The translations under genes were made by a program, and so were the position numbers. A stretch of DNA of 39,134 nucleotides. Origin: a virus. Lineage: Duplodnaviria; Caudoviricetes. The notes below the pieces were generated by a model. That model was not told where the DNA came from. It made no database searches and saw nothing but the letters and a program-made list of their open reading frames with translations. Shown in pieces: positions 1 through 8,261 of the stretch. Location: IMG/VR virus record IMGVR_UViG_3300049712_000015, positions 1 through 39,134 of that record, one strand, 5' to 3'. How positions within the stretch are numbered: the stretch's first letter is position 1; the number at the start of each line of letters is the position of its first letter.

Positions 1-153
1 GTCAATTCAAGGTTCGTTCTTTATGCTTACTCGTGAGAAATACTGGGAATTAAACATTTCCGATGAAGCTTTTGGCTCATGGGGTTCTCAAGGAATTGAG
101 GTAGCCTGTAAGTTCTGGTTATCAGGTGGGCGTGTTATAATTAACCATAACAC
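1..153 (+). repeat. Direct terminal repeat / circular assembly overlap (copy 1)
   Basis: 1-153 is identical to 38982-39134 except T127 vs C39108 (synonymous GGT/GGC). Confidence 0.97.
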
Positions 154-391
154 ATGGTATGCACACATGTTTCGGACTCAAGGCGGTGACTTCGGGTTTC
201 CCTACGAACAGAAGCAATCTAAGGTAAACGCAGCGAAATCTAAAGCAAGAGATTTGTTTTTTAATAATAAATGGGACAAACAAACACGGCCTCTCTCATG
301 GCTTGTGGAAAGGTTTGCTCCGGTAAAGGGTTGGAGCGACAACGAAATACTAGAACTAAAAATAAATGAATCTAAGTCTTGGAATAAATAG
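2..391 (+). CDS. C-terminal part of GT-A glycosyltransferase (GT2/GT27 ppGalNAc-T-like) that starts at 38395 and crosses the circular join
   Basis: In frame with 38395 across the repeat. SIQGSFFMLTREKYWELNISDEAFGSWGSQGIEVACKFWLSGGRVIINHNTWYAHMFR resembles the Gal/GalNAc-T motif (GGLFAI.R.YF..LG.YD....WGGEN.E.S...W.CGG........VGH.FR). Confidence 0.85.
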   Translation, partial: SIQGSFFMLTREKYWELNISDEAFGSWGSQGIEVACKFWLSGGRVIINHNTWYAHMFRTQGGDFGFPYEQKQSKVNAAKSKARDLFFNNKWDKQTRPLSWLVERFAPVKGWSDNEILELKINESKSWNK

Positions 392-839
392 AACGGCTAG
401 CTCTCCATTGTCTACGCCACTGATTGCGTTTTTGGGAAGCATCAAGTATCTGTCTGCACTTTCGGCAGCGCCTTCTTCCCCCCACTTGATAAAGAGAATC
501 ATGTCCATGAATGCACTTTGTTTTTTTGGAATTAAGGGCGCTAACACTCTTACCTCTAAGGACATTTTCTCTGTTCGACACGAGTTTGAGGTGTTTTGGA
601 TTAACACAAGAGCGATTGTCACACAAGTGGTCAATTTCTTTAGACATCTTGTTTACCCATTTTTCTATGAGTCCGTATTTCCACTCATAGAACAGTCTAT
701 GAGCTTTATAGCGATGACCTCTCCAGTATATTCGCCCGTATCCATCGCTAAGATAGCCACTCGTCCAATTCCAGCATTTTGTAACTGGGTCAATCTTGAC
801 GTGTTTGAAAATTCTATCTCTTTCCTTCTTAGAAAACAT
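372..839 (-). CDS. HNH homing endonuclease (HNH_3-like)
   Basis: CWNWT..DGYGRI..AHRLFYE..IDHLCDNRSCVNPKHL..N motif plus KTKCIHGH..CRKC tail. It lies opposite to the flanking genes. Confidence 0.9.
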   Translation of the reverse strand: MFSKKERDRIFKHVKIDPVTKCWNWTSGYLSDGYGRIYWRGHRYKAHRLFYEWKYGLIEKWVNKMSKEIDHLCDNRSCVNPKHLKLVSNRENVLRGKSVSALNSKKTKCIHGHDSLYQVGGRRRCRKCRQILDASQKRNQWRRQWRASRSIYSKT

Positions 840-916
840 ATTGAAAGTTTAACACAAAAATTGGCCTATAGCGAGAATAAAAGGCTGGACAAGTTAAGTT
901 CTAAAGAATATTAAAA

Positions 917-2464
917 ATGGCAACGTACGCAACGTGGAATCCCTCGGATAAGAACGGTGGTTTAACCCTAAGTAACGGGAATCTTACCGTAACTCATGCT
1001 GACCCTGCTAACTGGAGAGCACTCAGGTCTACAATTTCAAAGACAAGTGGTAAGTGGTATTGGGAACATACAGTCAATAGCGACACAGGGACTAGGGAAT
1101 TTTCCTTCGGTGTTGGTACTTCTGGTCAGTCTATAGCCGATGGTCAAAAATGGGGCTATAGCAATGTTGCTTGGGGATATACTAACCCTGATGCACTTAA
1201 ACCAACAGGCCCTGGCAAGTTCATAACTAATTCCGTAGAAAGCGGAACACCTGCTTTCTTTACCACGGGAGATGTTATTGGTGTGGCGTTAGACATGGAT
1301 GGTGGTACGGTAACCTGGTACAAGAATAATGTATCACAAGGGACGGGTGGCTATACTGGAATATCTGGTACAATTTTTGCTGGAGCGGCTATATACGGTA
1401 ATACAAATAACTTTACCTCAAACTTCGGAGCCACAGCCCTAACCTACACACCACCCACAGGTTATAATGCTGGTCTATTTACAGTCGTGAGTTCAGAGTC
1501 ATCGTCTGTATCGTCTTCCCCTTCTAGTAGCCCCAGTTCCAGCGTTTCCAGTTCCCCTAGCTCGAGTATTTCAAATTCCCCGTCTCGAAGTATCAGCTCG
1601 AGTGTCTCCAGCTCTCCCTCGTCCTCGGTCAGCCCTTCTTCGTCCATTAGCAGCTCCCCGTCAAGCTCCCCTAGCTCAAGTGTTTCAAGTTCCCCGAGTT
1701 CTAGCGTCTCGTCTTCAATTTCTAGTAGTCCTAGCTCGAGTATTTCGAGCTCCCCCTCAAGAAGTGTCAGCTCGTCAATTTCGTCCTCCCCGTCAATTAG
1801 CGTTAGCTCCTCAATTTCTTCTAGTCCCTCGAGCAGTGTTTCTCCTTCAAGTAGTATTAGCTCTTCAGTTTCTAGCAGTCCATCTTCTTCTGTTTCTAGT
1901 AGCCCGTCTTCTTCAGCCAGCAGTTCAATTTCTAATAGCCCTAGCTCATCAATCTCGAGTAGTCCTTCTCGCTCTATCAGTAGTTCGGTTTCTAGCAGCG
2001 TCTCCTCATCAGTTTCGAGTTCCCCTAGCTCCAGCGAGTCGGCTTCACCTTCTGTCGGATACAAAGACTACACACGCTTTCATTATGCAGCTTTGCCCGC
2101 TACTGACGCAGATTTAACAACCGCTTATACAGCTCAAGACGTTATAGACGTTACAACAGACGATGGAGTTTACGTAGACCAGATAGCGGATAACCAATAC
2201 GCTATTCATCAGTTTAAAAACTATTCTAGTCCGAGTAACTCGGCCTCTTTCAGGTGGAATGGAAAAACAAACATCCCGTGTTCAACCTCAGAAGTATTCC
2301 TACAAATTTACAATCGAAACACGACAACATGGGAGACATTAGATAGCGACACTACTACCGCAACAGGTACAGATTTTGATTTGACTGCTAGTGTAGCCGA
2401 CTTAACTAATTACAAGGATGGCAATAGTGTCTTGTCGTGTCGGGTATATCAATTAGCACAATAG
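917..2464 (+). CDS. Putative virion protein: N-terminal SPRY/ConA-like domain, Ser-rich mucin-like tract, C-terminal beta-rich domain
   Basis: TWNPSDK..LSNGNLT..GKWYWE..GDVIGVALDMD is SPRY-like, followed by about 188 aa of SSS[PIV] repeats. Confidence 0.75.
   Translation: MATYATWNPSDKNGGLTLSNGNLTVTHADPANWRALRSTISKTSGKWYWEHTVNSDTGTREFSFGVGTSGQSIADGQKWGYSNVAWGYTNPDALKPTGPGKFITNSVESGTPAFFTTGDVIGVALDMDGGTVTWYKNNVSQGTGGYTGISGTIFAGAAIYGNTNNFTSNFGATALTYTPPTGYNAGLFTVVSSESSSVSSSPSSSPSSSVSSSPSSSISNSPSRSISSSVSSSPSSSVSPSSSISSSPSSSPSSSVSSSPSSSVSSSISSSPSSSISSSPSRSVSSSISSSPSISVSSSISSSPSSSVSPSSSISSSVSSSPSSSVSSSPSSSASSSISNSPSSSISSSPSRSISSSVSSSVSSSVSSSPSSSESASPSVGYKDYTRFHYAALPATDADLTTAYTAQDVIDVTTDDGVYVDQIADNQYAIHQFKNYSSPSNSASFRWNGKTNIPCSTSEVFLQIYNRNTTTWETLDSDTTTATGTDFDLTASVADLTNYKDGNSVLSCRVYQLAQ
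1490..2053 (+). repeat. Coding Ser-rich tetrapeptide repeat (SSSP/SSSI/SSSV)
   Basis: Visible in the translation; synonymous Ser codons are highly mixed. Confidence 0.95.
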
Positions 2465-2465
2465 T

Positions 2466-3944
2466 ATGGCGACAAAACTCTACCTAGAATCATCAGGCAC
2501 GCCACCAATCTCGCCAACACCGAATGCGGGTTGGACTGACCAGACGCAATTTACTCGTTTCATAGCCAATACTGCAAAGGCTAGTTCGACTATGACTACG
2601 AAGAACACCACTTCGGCCATTTCAACACAGTCAGATATCATCGTGGGACAATTCATTTCTCACCCACTGGATGTTGGGCAGACAATTACTGGAGCGCAAA
2701 CCATCAGCATTTTCGTACGCTACGCAGAAACAAACGCTGGTAACAACCTATTTCTAACCTGGGCCGTATACGTCTTTAATGGCACGACTTTACAAAAAAC
2801 CCTGGTCACTAAAAGAACAGACGGAGCGGAACAAACTTCGGCTACGTTAACCAGTGTAACGGGTGCGCCCGCTTCTGTTGCGGGTAACTACACCACTGTA
2901 GCAGGTGACCGTATCGTAATTGAGGCGGGTCTTTCGGGTGACCCGACTGGTTCGGCTACTCATGCTGGTTCGATGAGTTTTGGTTCAGATAGTGCGACAG
3001 ATATAACAGCTGGTGGTTCAACAACAGCAAACAACCCAAATGTCATTTTAGCGACAGACACGTTGACCTTTAACACTTCCTCGCCCTCATCGAGTGTTTC
3101 GTCTTCCATTTCAAATTCTCCCTCATCTTCTATTTCCAGCTCTCCTAGTTCTTCAGTTAGCAGTTCCGTCTCGAGCTCCCCCTCTCGTTCAATTAGTAGT
3201 TCGGTTTCGAGTTCCCCTAGCGTGAGCGTCAGTTCGAGTATTTCGAGCTCCCCCTCCAGCTCTATCAGCCCCTCAAGCTCAATTAGTTCCTCGGTTTCCA
3301 ATTCGCCCTCCTCAAGTGTTAGTAACTCTCCAAGTTCAAGTCCTAGTTCCAGTATTTCTTCTAGCCCATCGAGAAGCATTAGTTCCAGTATCTCAAGTTC
3401 TATCTCCAGTTCGGTTTCGAGTAGTATAAGTTCAAGCCCCAGCTCGAGTCCTAGTGTTGTTGAGGTAAATCTCCAAACAGATTTATGGAGCGTATCTTTT
3501 GTATCCTCAGCTTCTTCATCTATCTCAAGCTCGCCAAGTAGCAGCCCTTCATCCTCTGTTTCTTCCAGCCCCTCAAGCAGTGTCTCGAGTTCAGTTAGTC
3601 CTTCATCCTCTATATCCTCCTCTATTTCCAGCTCACCTTCTAGCAGTATTTCTTCTAGTATTTCTTCTAGCCCATCTTCAAGCGTTAGTTCGAGTCCTAG
3701 CTCGAGTGTATCGCCTTCTAGCAGCGTAAGTTCTAGTGTATCTAGCTCAGTCTCACCTTCGGCAAGCCCTAGTGAAGAAATTGAAACAACCCCACAAGCT
3801 GGTAAACCTAAGACAAGTTTAAGACGGTCTTATGCTGTTTTGTGGAGGCATAACGGAAGTAAATGGGTCAGGACGGTTCTTAGGTGGAAAGGTAAAATTA
3901 TTAGATTAAAGGTCTTTCTCGATATTTGGAGGGAGATTGAATAA
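2466..3944 (+). CDS. Putative virion protein with beta-rich N-terminal domain and two Ser-rich mucin-like tracts
   Basis: 492 aa ORF starting 1 nt after the previous stop; about 200 aa T/G/S-rich domain, then SSS[PIV] repeats and a basic C-terminal tail. Confidence 0.7.
   Translation: MATKLYLESSGTPPISPTPNAGWTDQTQFTRFIANTAKASSTMTTKNTTSAISTQSDIIVGQFISHPLDVGQTITGAQTISIFVRYAETNAGNNLFLTWAVYVFNGTTLQKTLVTKRTDGAEQTSATLTSVTGAPASVAGNYTTVAGDRIVIEAGLSGDPTGSATHAGSMSFGSDSATDITAGGSTTANNPNVILATDTLTFNTSSPSSSVSSSISNSPSSSISSSPSSSVSSSVSSSPSRSISSSVSSSPSVSVSSSISSSPSSSISPSSSISSSVSNSPSSSVSNSPSSSPSSSISSSPSRSISSSISSSISSSVSSSISSSPSSSPSVVEVNLQTDLWSVSFVSSASSSISSSPSSSPSSSVSSSPSSSVSSSVSPSSSISSSISSSPSSSISSSISSSPSSSVSSSPSSSVSPSSSVSSSVSSSVSPSASPSEEIETTPQAGKPKTSLRRSYAVLWRHNGSKWVRTVLRWKGKIIRLKVFLDIWREIE
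3078..3773 (+). repeat. Coding Ser-rich tetrapeptide repeat in two blocks split by VVEVNLQTDLWSVSFV
   Basis: Visible in the translation. Confidence 0.95.
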
Positions 3945-3946
3945 CG

Positions 3947-3955
3947 TGGTATAAT
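3947..3955 (+). promoter_or_regulatory. Extended -10 promoter (TGGTATAAT) for the lysis cassette
   Basis: Exact TGnTATAAT 12 nt upstream of ATG 3968. Confidence 0.65.
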
Positions 3956-3967
3956 TTATTTATTAAA

Positions 3968-4210
3968 ATGGAACAGCCCTATACGAATCGAGAATTAGAA
4001 CAGAAGTTTGATGATGTTCATGAAAAACTGGACGGACAGAATGTCATTCTCGATAAGATATTGACCCAGGCTTTAAAAACTAATGGAAGAGTCAATGAAT
4101 TGGAGAACTGGAAATCATACTCCAGTGGAGCACTCAAGATAGTCCAAGTTCTCTTACTCCCTATTGTCGGTTGGGCTTTGTATCAAATACTAACCCTAAT
4201 TCGTAAATGA
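3968..4210 (+). CDS. Small coiled-coil membrane protein of the lysis cassette (holin-like)
   Basis: KTNGRV..LE.W motif and C-terminal TM helix; directly precedes the endolysin. Confidence 0.6.
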   Translation: MEQPYTNRELEQKFDDVHEKLDGQNVILDKILTQALKTNGRVNELENWKSYSSGALKIVQVLLLPIVGWALYQILTLIRK

Positions 4211-4893
4211 AAAACCTACCCATTCCAATTATCGTCCCTTATGGCTATAAACTGAGAATTTCACAGCCTTTCGGTTCTACTGGAGATGTTGAATGGTATA
4301 AGAACAACGGGCTAAATATACCCTTTCACAATGGTGTGGATATAGTTGTGGATAACGATGACCCACGTTTAACCTATGGCTCTGCTTGTTTTTGCCCCTT
4401 CCCGAAGGGTTGGACGGTCAAGAAGACCTTCGATTCAGCTATGTCCACTAAAGGTAATGGGGTTACTTTAGAATCAGATTCTTTTGTAGAAGACGGAATT
4501 GAGAAGAAGGTACAAATTGTCCTCTGGCATCTATCTAGCCTTACAGACGGCACACAACATGTTTACAAAAATATAGTCGGATACGTTGGTAATTCTGGTC
4601 TAGTGCATCCCGCTCCAAGCACTGCTTGTCCTTTTTGCGGTAGTCACTTACATCTAATGCTTTACGAATTTCATAAAACTTCTACAGGTATGTTTATGCT
4701 TCAGAATACGGGCAATGGCGTAGGCGGGGCTGTTGACCCGATGACTCGTTTCTCTCTATCCGTAGCTGAATATGGAGAGGATACGAATGTGTCTTTTGAT
4801 ACAGCACCGCTTAAATGGGCGATGGCTAAACTCGGCCTGGTCGAGGTTTATCAAAAGATAATGTATCTGTTATCAATTATAAAAATTAAATAA
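4207..4893 (+). CDS. Endolysin, peptidase M23 family
   Basis: HNGVD (HxxxD), GNGV..WHLS, G.VGNSG and HLH zinc-ligand motifs. Confidence 0.85.
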   Translation: MKNLPIPIIVPYGYKLRISQPFGSTGDVEWYKNNGLNIPFHNGVDIVVDNDDPRLTYGSACFCPFPKGWTVKKTFDSAMSTKGNGVTLESDSFVEDGIEKKVQIVLWHLSSLTDGTQHVYKNIVGYVGNSGLVHPAPSTACPFCGSHLHLMLYEFHKTSTGMFMLQNTGNGVGGAVDPMTRFSLSVAEYGEDTNVSFDTAPLKWAMAKLGLVEVYQKIMYLLSIIKIK

Positions 4894-5159
4894 TGGAAAA
4901 AAATATTGTTGAATTAGTAAGCTCTCTCTCTGTCGTAGCAGTCTTTCTCGGAGGTGTAACTGTGGCTGTGACTCAGTTGGTTAAAAAAGCCACCCCACTG
5001 AGAACCAAGTACGCTCCTGTCGTTTCCGTAGTTACAGGAATACTTCTGGCTCTTTTCTTCATAGGTGAAGTATCCTTCCCCATCAGAGTCTTAATGGGAG
5101 TGATTGTTGGACTGACAGCTTCAGGAATATACAGCGGTGTTAAATCAGTTAGAGAATAA
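4893..5159 (+). CDS. Holin
   Basis: 88 aa with three hydrophobic helices; VTQLVKK..P..S..G and GLTASGIYS..K are typical phage holin motifs. Confidence 0.85.
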   Translation: MEKNIVELVSSLSVVAVFLGGVTVAVTQLVKKATPLRTKYAPVVSVVTGILLALFFIGEVSFPIRVLMGVIVGLTASGIYSGVKSVRE

Positions 5160-5315
5160 TTCCTTACTGGAAGCTGTCGCCATGTGCGAAGTTCTGGTTC
5201 GGAGTCTCGTAAAGAGATTCGTTAGTTGTACAAAACAGGGGACATCTTTTCGACAGCCTCTGTTTTTGTTTGCCAGAGTGTTATAATTGATATATAAAGT
5301 TCCTTGCCACTTTTT

Positions 5316-5555
5316 ATGCGCCACCCAGAACTGATATATAAAGCAGCCGATAAGCTTGATATGTCAGCCTTCCAGTTGATATATGATGCTTATGCTCATA
5401 ACGACATTTTTCTCAATAGTTCTGCAATGGTATTAGCTTTTCGTTTATACGTAAAAGCTGGTATCACTGTTCCACTCGTTGAGGATTATGCTCTCGATGT
5501 TTTAGCCGAAAGGGTACAGAAACAATCAACCACGTTAGTCATCTACTCACACTAA
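5316..5555 (+). CDS. Hypothetical protein (moron-like, own promoter and terminator)
   Basis: TGTTATAAT at 5279-5287; ATG 5316 (ORF track starts at TTG 5304). Confidence 0.55.
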   Translation: MRHPELIYKAADKLDMSAFQLIYDAYAHNDIFLNSSAMVLAFRLYVKAGITVPLVEDYALDVLAERVQKQSTTLVIYSH

Positions 5556-5577
5556 ACACCGATTTACTTCGGTGTTT
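5554..5577. terminator. Intrinsic terminator hairpin
   Basis: AAACACCGA-tttact-TCGGTGTTT perfect 9-bp stem. Confidence 0.7.
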
Positions 5578-5598
5578 GTTCTATGGTAAAATAGAGAC

Positions 5599-6063
5599 AT
5601 GAAGAAAAAGAACCCAGTCTGGTGCAGTGGTAATGTTTGTTTTATAAAAACTTTGAATAATGGTTCAGTTCATAAATTTGATAAAGGTTCACTTAATATA
5701 GTTAGTTCCGTCAGTTGGTATACAGATAGTTTTGGATATTTAATGCACAAAGGTAGAGATTTTTCGGCTAGGTTGCATAACCTTTTAATAAAACATAAAC
5801 ATGGATATGTTATAGACCATATTGATAGGAATAAGGGTAACAATTTATTTTCCAACTTGCGGCAAATCACTCACCAAGCAAATCTATTGAACAACGATAG
5901 AAAGAGTAAGGTCTATCGAAGAAAAGATACTAAAAAATGGTCAGTGCAAGTAAGGGAGCCAATTACAAAAAAAAGACTGACACTAGGTAGCTTTTCCACA
6001 AAGGAAGAAGCACTCAATGTGAAGAGATGTTTCATAAAAAAGATGCACAATATAATGGTATAA
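5599..6063 (+). CDS. HNH endonuclease with AP2-like C-terminal DNA-binding domain
   Basis: RLHNLL..IDHIDRNKGNN..SNLR..AN, then KKWSVQV..LGSFSTKEEA. Confidence 0.88.
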   Translation: MKKKNPVWCSGNVCFIKTLNNGSVHKFDKGSLNIVSSVSWYTDSFGYLMHKGRDFSARLHNLLIKHKHGYVIDHIDRNKGNNLFSNLRQITHQANLLNNDRKSKVYRRKDTKKWSVQVREPITKKRLTLGSFSTKEEALNVKRCFIKKMHNIMV

Positions 6064-6098
6064 TTGTATAGATACGTTCCCCGACATATCTATGTACA

Positions 6099-6329
6099 AT
6101 GCACAACCAAAATCCAACCACACATCTAAGGCACTGTGTTTACTGCGGCAGACAGTTCACCCCGTTCAATGGCAACGCCAGCTTCTGCTCCTACGGACAT
6201 TACCAAATGTACGTGAGGGGAGACGTCCACGAACAGCCCATCGAAAGTTTCACGCCAAACGCATCGTTCAATCGGCCTTCACCACCGATTTGCACGGAAA
6301 TCTTAGACCACGGTGACGCCAGAGCCTGA
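6099..6329 (+). CDS. Small Cys/His zinc-finger protein
   Basis: CVYCGRQF..FCSYGH; upstream TGGTATAAT at 6056-6064 and a downstream terminator. Confidence 0.6.
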   Translation: MHNQNPTTHLRHCVYCGRQFTPFNGNASFCSYGHYQMYVRGDVHEQPIESFTPNASFNRPSPPICTEILDHGDARA

Positions 6330-6374
6330 GAGGAGGTGGTCACTTATCTACGTGAGGCTAACCCCCTCACCGAC

Positions 6375-6401
6375 AAAGGAGACAGCAATGCCTCCTTTTT
6401 T
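6375..6401 (+). terminator. Intrinsic terminator
   Basis: AAAGGAG..CTCCTTT stem followed by a T run. Confidence 0.65.
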
Positions 6402-6470
6402 ATCCCATCTATTTTTATAATGTAAATAGTCGCTATTGAAACAATTTGATAAGTGTGTTAGTATAAGTAT

Positions 6471-6575
6471 ATAGCCGATGATTTAGATTCAGAGGCTCAG
6501 AGGTCTAGGATTTAGATTCCAAAACCCCCAATAACTGTTTTACTGGGCCGAAACTCGCACTTCTAGCGAGTTTTT
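6471..6575 (+). ncRNA. Candidate small antisense RNA
   Basis: TTGAAA-17-TAGTAT promoter with TG extension (6436-6464); terminator AAACTCGC/GCGAGTTT+TT (6551-6575); no ORF on this strand. Confidence 0.45.
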
Positions 6576-6684
6576 GCTTTAAATAACGCTCTTTAGCCCT
6601 TTTTCGTGCTCTATTTTCCTGGCAATCATTACAACGATGCCATGTAGGTACAGCCAAAGGCTTGTTACAGTCAGGACATCTCAT
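6505..6684 (-). CDS. 59-aa zinc-ribbon protein (not in the ORF track)
   Basis: MRCPDCNKPLAVPTWHRCNDCQENRARKRAKERY...; ATGA overlap with the upstream gene. Confidence 0.65.
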   Translation of the reverse strand: MRCPDCNKPLAVPTWHRCNDCQENRARKRAKERYLKQKLARSASFGPVKQLLGVLESKS

Positions 6685-6884
6685 ACGTTTCTTTGTCTTA
6701 CGCCCTCCTTCTTGTTTCTATACCACCAAATGACTTTAGTCTGAGGCGAGTCTATACAAGCTATTTCAATATCATCCAAGACTCCTTGATACGGTTCGTT
6801 AGTTTTTATGCAGGGAGACTGTTTAATCTCTTCTTCTAAATTGATACCTCTATTGTGCATCCATAGCCTCTCGTAGTCACTCAT
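6681..6884 (-). CDS. Hypothetical protein
   Basis: ORF coupled to its neighbours by 4-nt overlaps. Confidence 0.65.
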   Translation of the reverse strand: MSDYERLWMHNRGINLEEEIKQSPCIKTNEPYQGVLDDIEIACIDSPQTKVIWWYRNKKEGVRQRNV

Positions 6885-7141
6885 AGCTTTTTCAAAATGC
6901 CGAATAAATAATTTATATTCTTAATCCCCTTTTGCTGACAGATTTTAAAAGCATCCTCTACTTTCAGAACAGGAAATTGAACTTTCCAAAACATAGACCA
7001 AATACGACTAGCTTCTTTGTTACCAAAATACTCCTGCATCCTGACACCTAACTCTTGATAGTCGTAGTCGATTTTCTTGGCTACCTTTGGCATCTCAAAT
7101 AAAGTATCGTGATACTTACCGTCCTGAGTATATATTTGCAT
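6881..7141 (-). CDS. Hypothetical protein, possible DnaD/DnaB_2-like domain
   Basis: C-terminal INYLFGILKK resembles the YxxxIL motif of DnaD-type domains (weak). Confidence 0.45.
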   Translation of the reverse strand: MQIYTQDGKYHDTLFEMPKVAKKIDYDYQELGVRMQEYFGNKEASRIWSMFWKVQFPVLKVEDAFKICQQKGIKNINYLFGILKKL

Positions 7142-7142
7142 A

Positions 7143-7400
7143 TTATCTTTTTGGTCTAACGTGCTTAGTCCAGTGATAATTGAATTTGCTCTCTGCTATT
7201 TGTTCTCTTATTTTCTTTACAGCACGTCCATATTGATGTTTATTTATATGTGCCAAATGATACCTAAGACAGGTAGAACATTTATATACCTTATTTCTTA
7301 CCCCTATATCTCTCACGTATAAGTCTGCAACTGCTTGTGCTACATCCAAGCTTTCAAATCGTTCTTTGGATACACAAGTGCTTTTTGCTTCACGCCTCAT
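7143..7400 (-). CDS. Hypothetical zinc-binding protein
   Basis: C.SK.RF..YKCSTC..YHL motif common in small phage proteins. Confidence 0.65.
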   Translation of the reverse strand: MRREAKSTCVSKERFESLDVAQAVADLYVRDIGVRNKVYKCSTCLRYHLAHINKHQYGRAVKKIREQIAESKFNYHWTKHVRPKR

Positions 7401-7779
7401 ATTTTTCTCCTAATCTATTAAAAATACTTCTAAGTTTTCCTAATTGCATGCTGTAGTATAAAACGTCCGCCTTCACAATCTCATTTTTCATCCTATCCAG
7501 TCTAGCAAACCACGCTAGTCCTTTTATTTCCACTATCACTGATGCCCAGTAACTTTCATCCCAGTGAAGCTTCAGGTGGCAAGCGTTACAAAGAGGAATT
7601 AAGTTATCTAATTCATGTCTTAATCTCGTACTCTTGGATTTATGGACATGGTGATGAGCTACTTGGGTTGGATTAGGGCAAAGTAGGCATTTTGGATTAA
7701 GTGTTTTTACAATAGGCGTCAAAAGAGCATCAGCTTGATTACGTACTTTCTTTACAGTTAGTTTAGGTTTTTTAACCAT
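7390..7779 (-). CDS. NinG-like / HNH nuclease
   Basis: AD.L....V...CLLC..AHHH..KS..LRHELDNL..LCNACH; downstream of the NinB-like gene; likely start MVKKPK at 7779. Confidence 0.7.
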   Translation of the reverse strand: MVKKPKLTVKKVRNQADALLTPIVKTLNPKCLLCPNPTQVAHHHVHKSKSTRLRHELDNLIPLCNACHLKLHWDESYWASVIVEIKGLAWFARLDRMKNEIVKADVLYYSMQLGKLRSIFNRLGEKYEA

Positions 7780-8261
7780 TTCATTTTCACACAATACTCG
7801 ATGTAGGATTCGTTCGTTGACATAGATATTGTATCACGCCATTCAACAAATTTGTCAGGGTTTATAGCTGGATTGTCGTATGAAATACCGTAGTGTTCGT
7901 TTAAATAGTCTTGCAGTTTGTCTATAAAATTCCGTAGGGCTTTTCCCCCTTTAGTGCTCTTTCCAAACGTCTGTATCTTACCGTCAATCTTGAGAACTTC
8001 TGGGGTGAACTCAGCCTTGTAGTGCTCGAAGTAGTGCTCTAGGGTCTCATCGTCCCGATAATCATTGCCGTCTAAGTAGACTAGCAGGGGCATTAAGCCG
8101 CCATGTAGGTATTTCCTCTGTTGCCTACTTTCAGGCGTTATAGTGTTTATTTCCGCTCTTAAAGGTTTGTCATCATTGGCCGTTATAGCGTCATTAATTC
8201 TGGCCTTCCAATAATCGGCCACCTCCATTCGACCTTTATGTAGAATTATTTGAAACTTCAT
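7758..8261 (-). CDS. NinB/Orf-like recombination protein
   Basis: S.QQRKYLHG...STK...FIDKLQ pattern and nin-like gene context. Confidence 0.5.
   Translation of the reverse strand: MKFQIILHKGRMEVADYWKARINDAITANDDKPLRAEINTITPESRQQRKYLHGGLMPLLVYLDGNDYRDDETLEHYFEHYKAEFTPEVLKIDGKIQTFGKSTKGGKALRNFIDKLQDYLNEHYGISYDNPAINPDKFVEWRDTISMSTNESYIEYCVKMKWLKNLN

Noticed and set aside
366-914. 182-aa + strand ORF
   Set aside because: Antisense shadow of a clear HNH gene; no motifs.
1462-2064. Glu/Leu/Gly-rich minus ORF (also 2960-3379, and alternative-frame ORFs 1602-2117 and 3499-3729)
   Set aside because: Expected by-product of the Ser-repeat codons on the opposite strand or in other frames.
1490-3773. 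Ser-repeat DNA as a CRISPR array or DGR repeat pair
   Set aside because: Periodicity is at codon level, with no fixed repeat-spacer units, no adenine-specific variation and no reverse transcriptase gene.
6480-6519. GATTTAGATTC direct repeat as a mini-CRISPR (superficially like the GATTTAGA start of some Cas13a repeats)
   Set aside because: Only 11 nt, two copies, an 18-nt gap, and the rest of such a repeat is absent.
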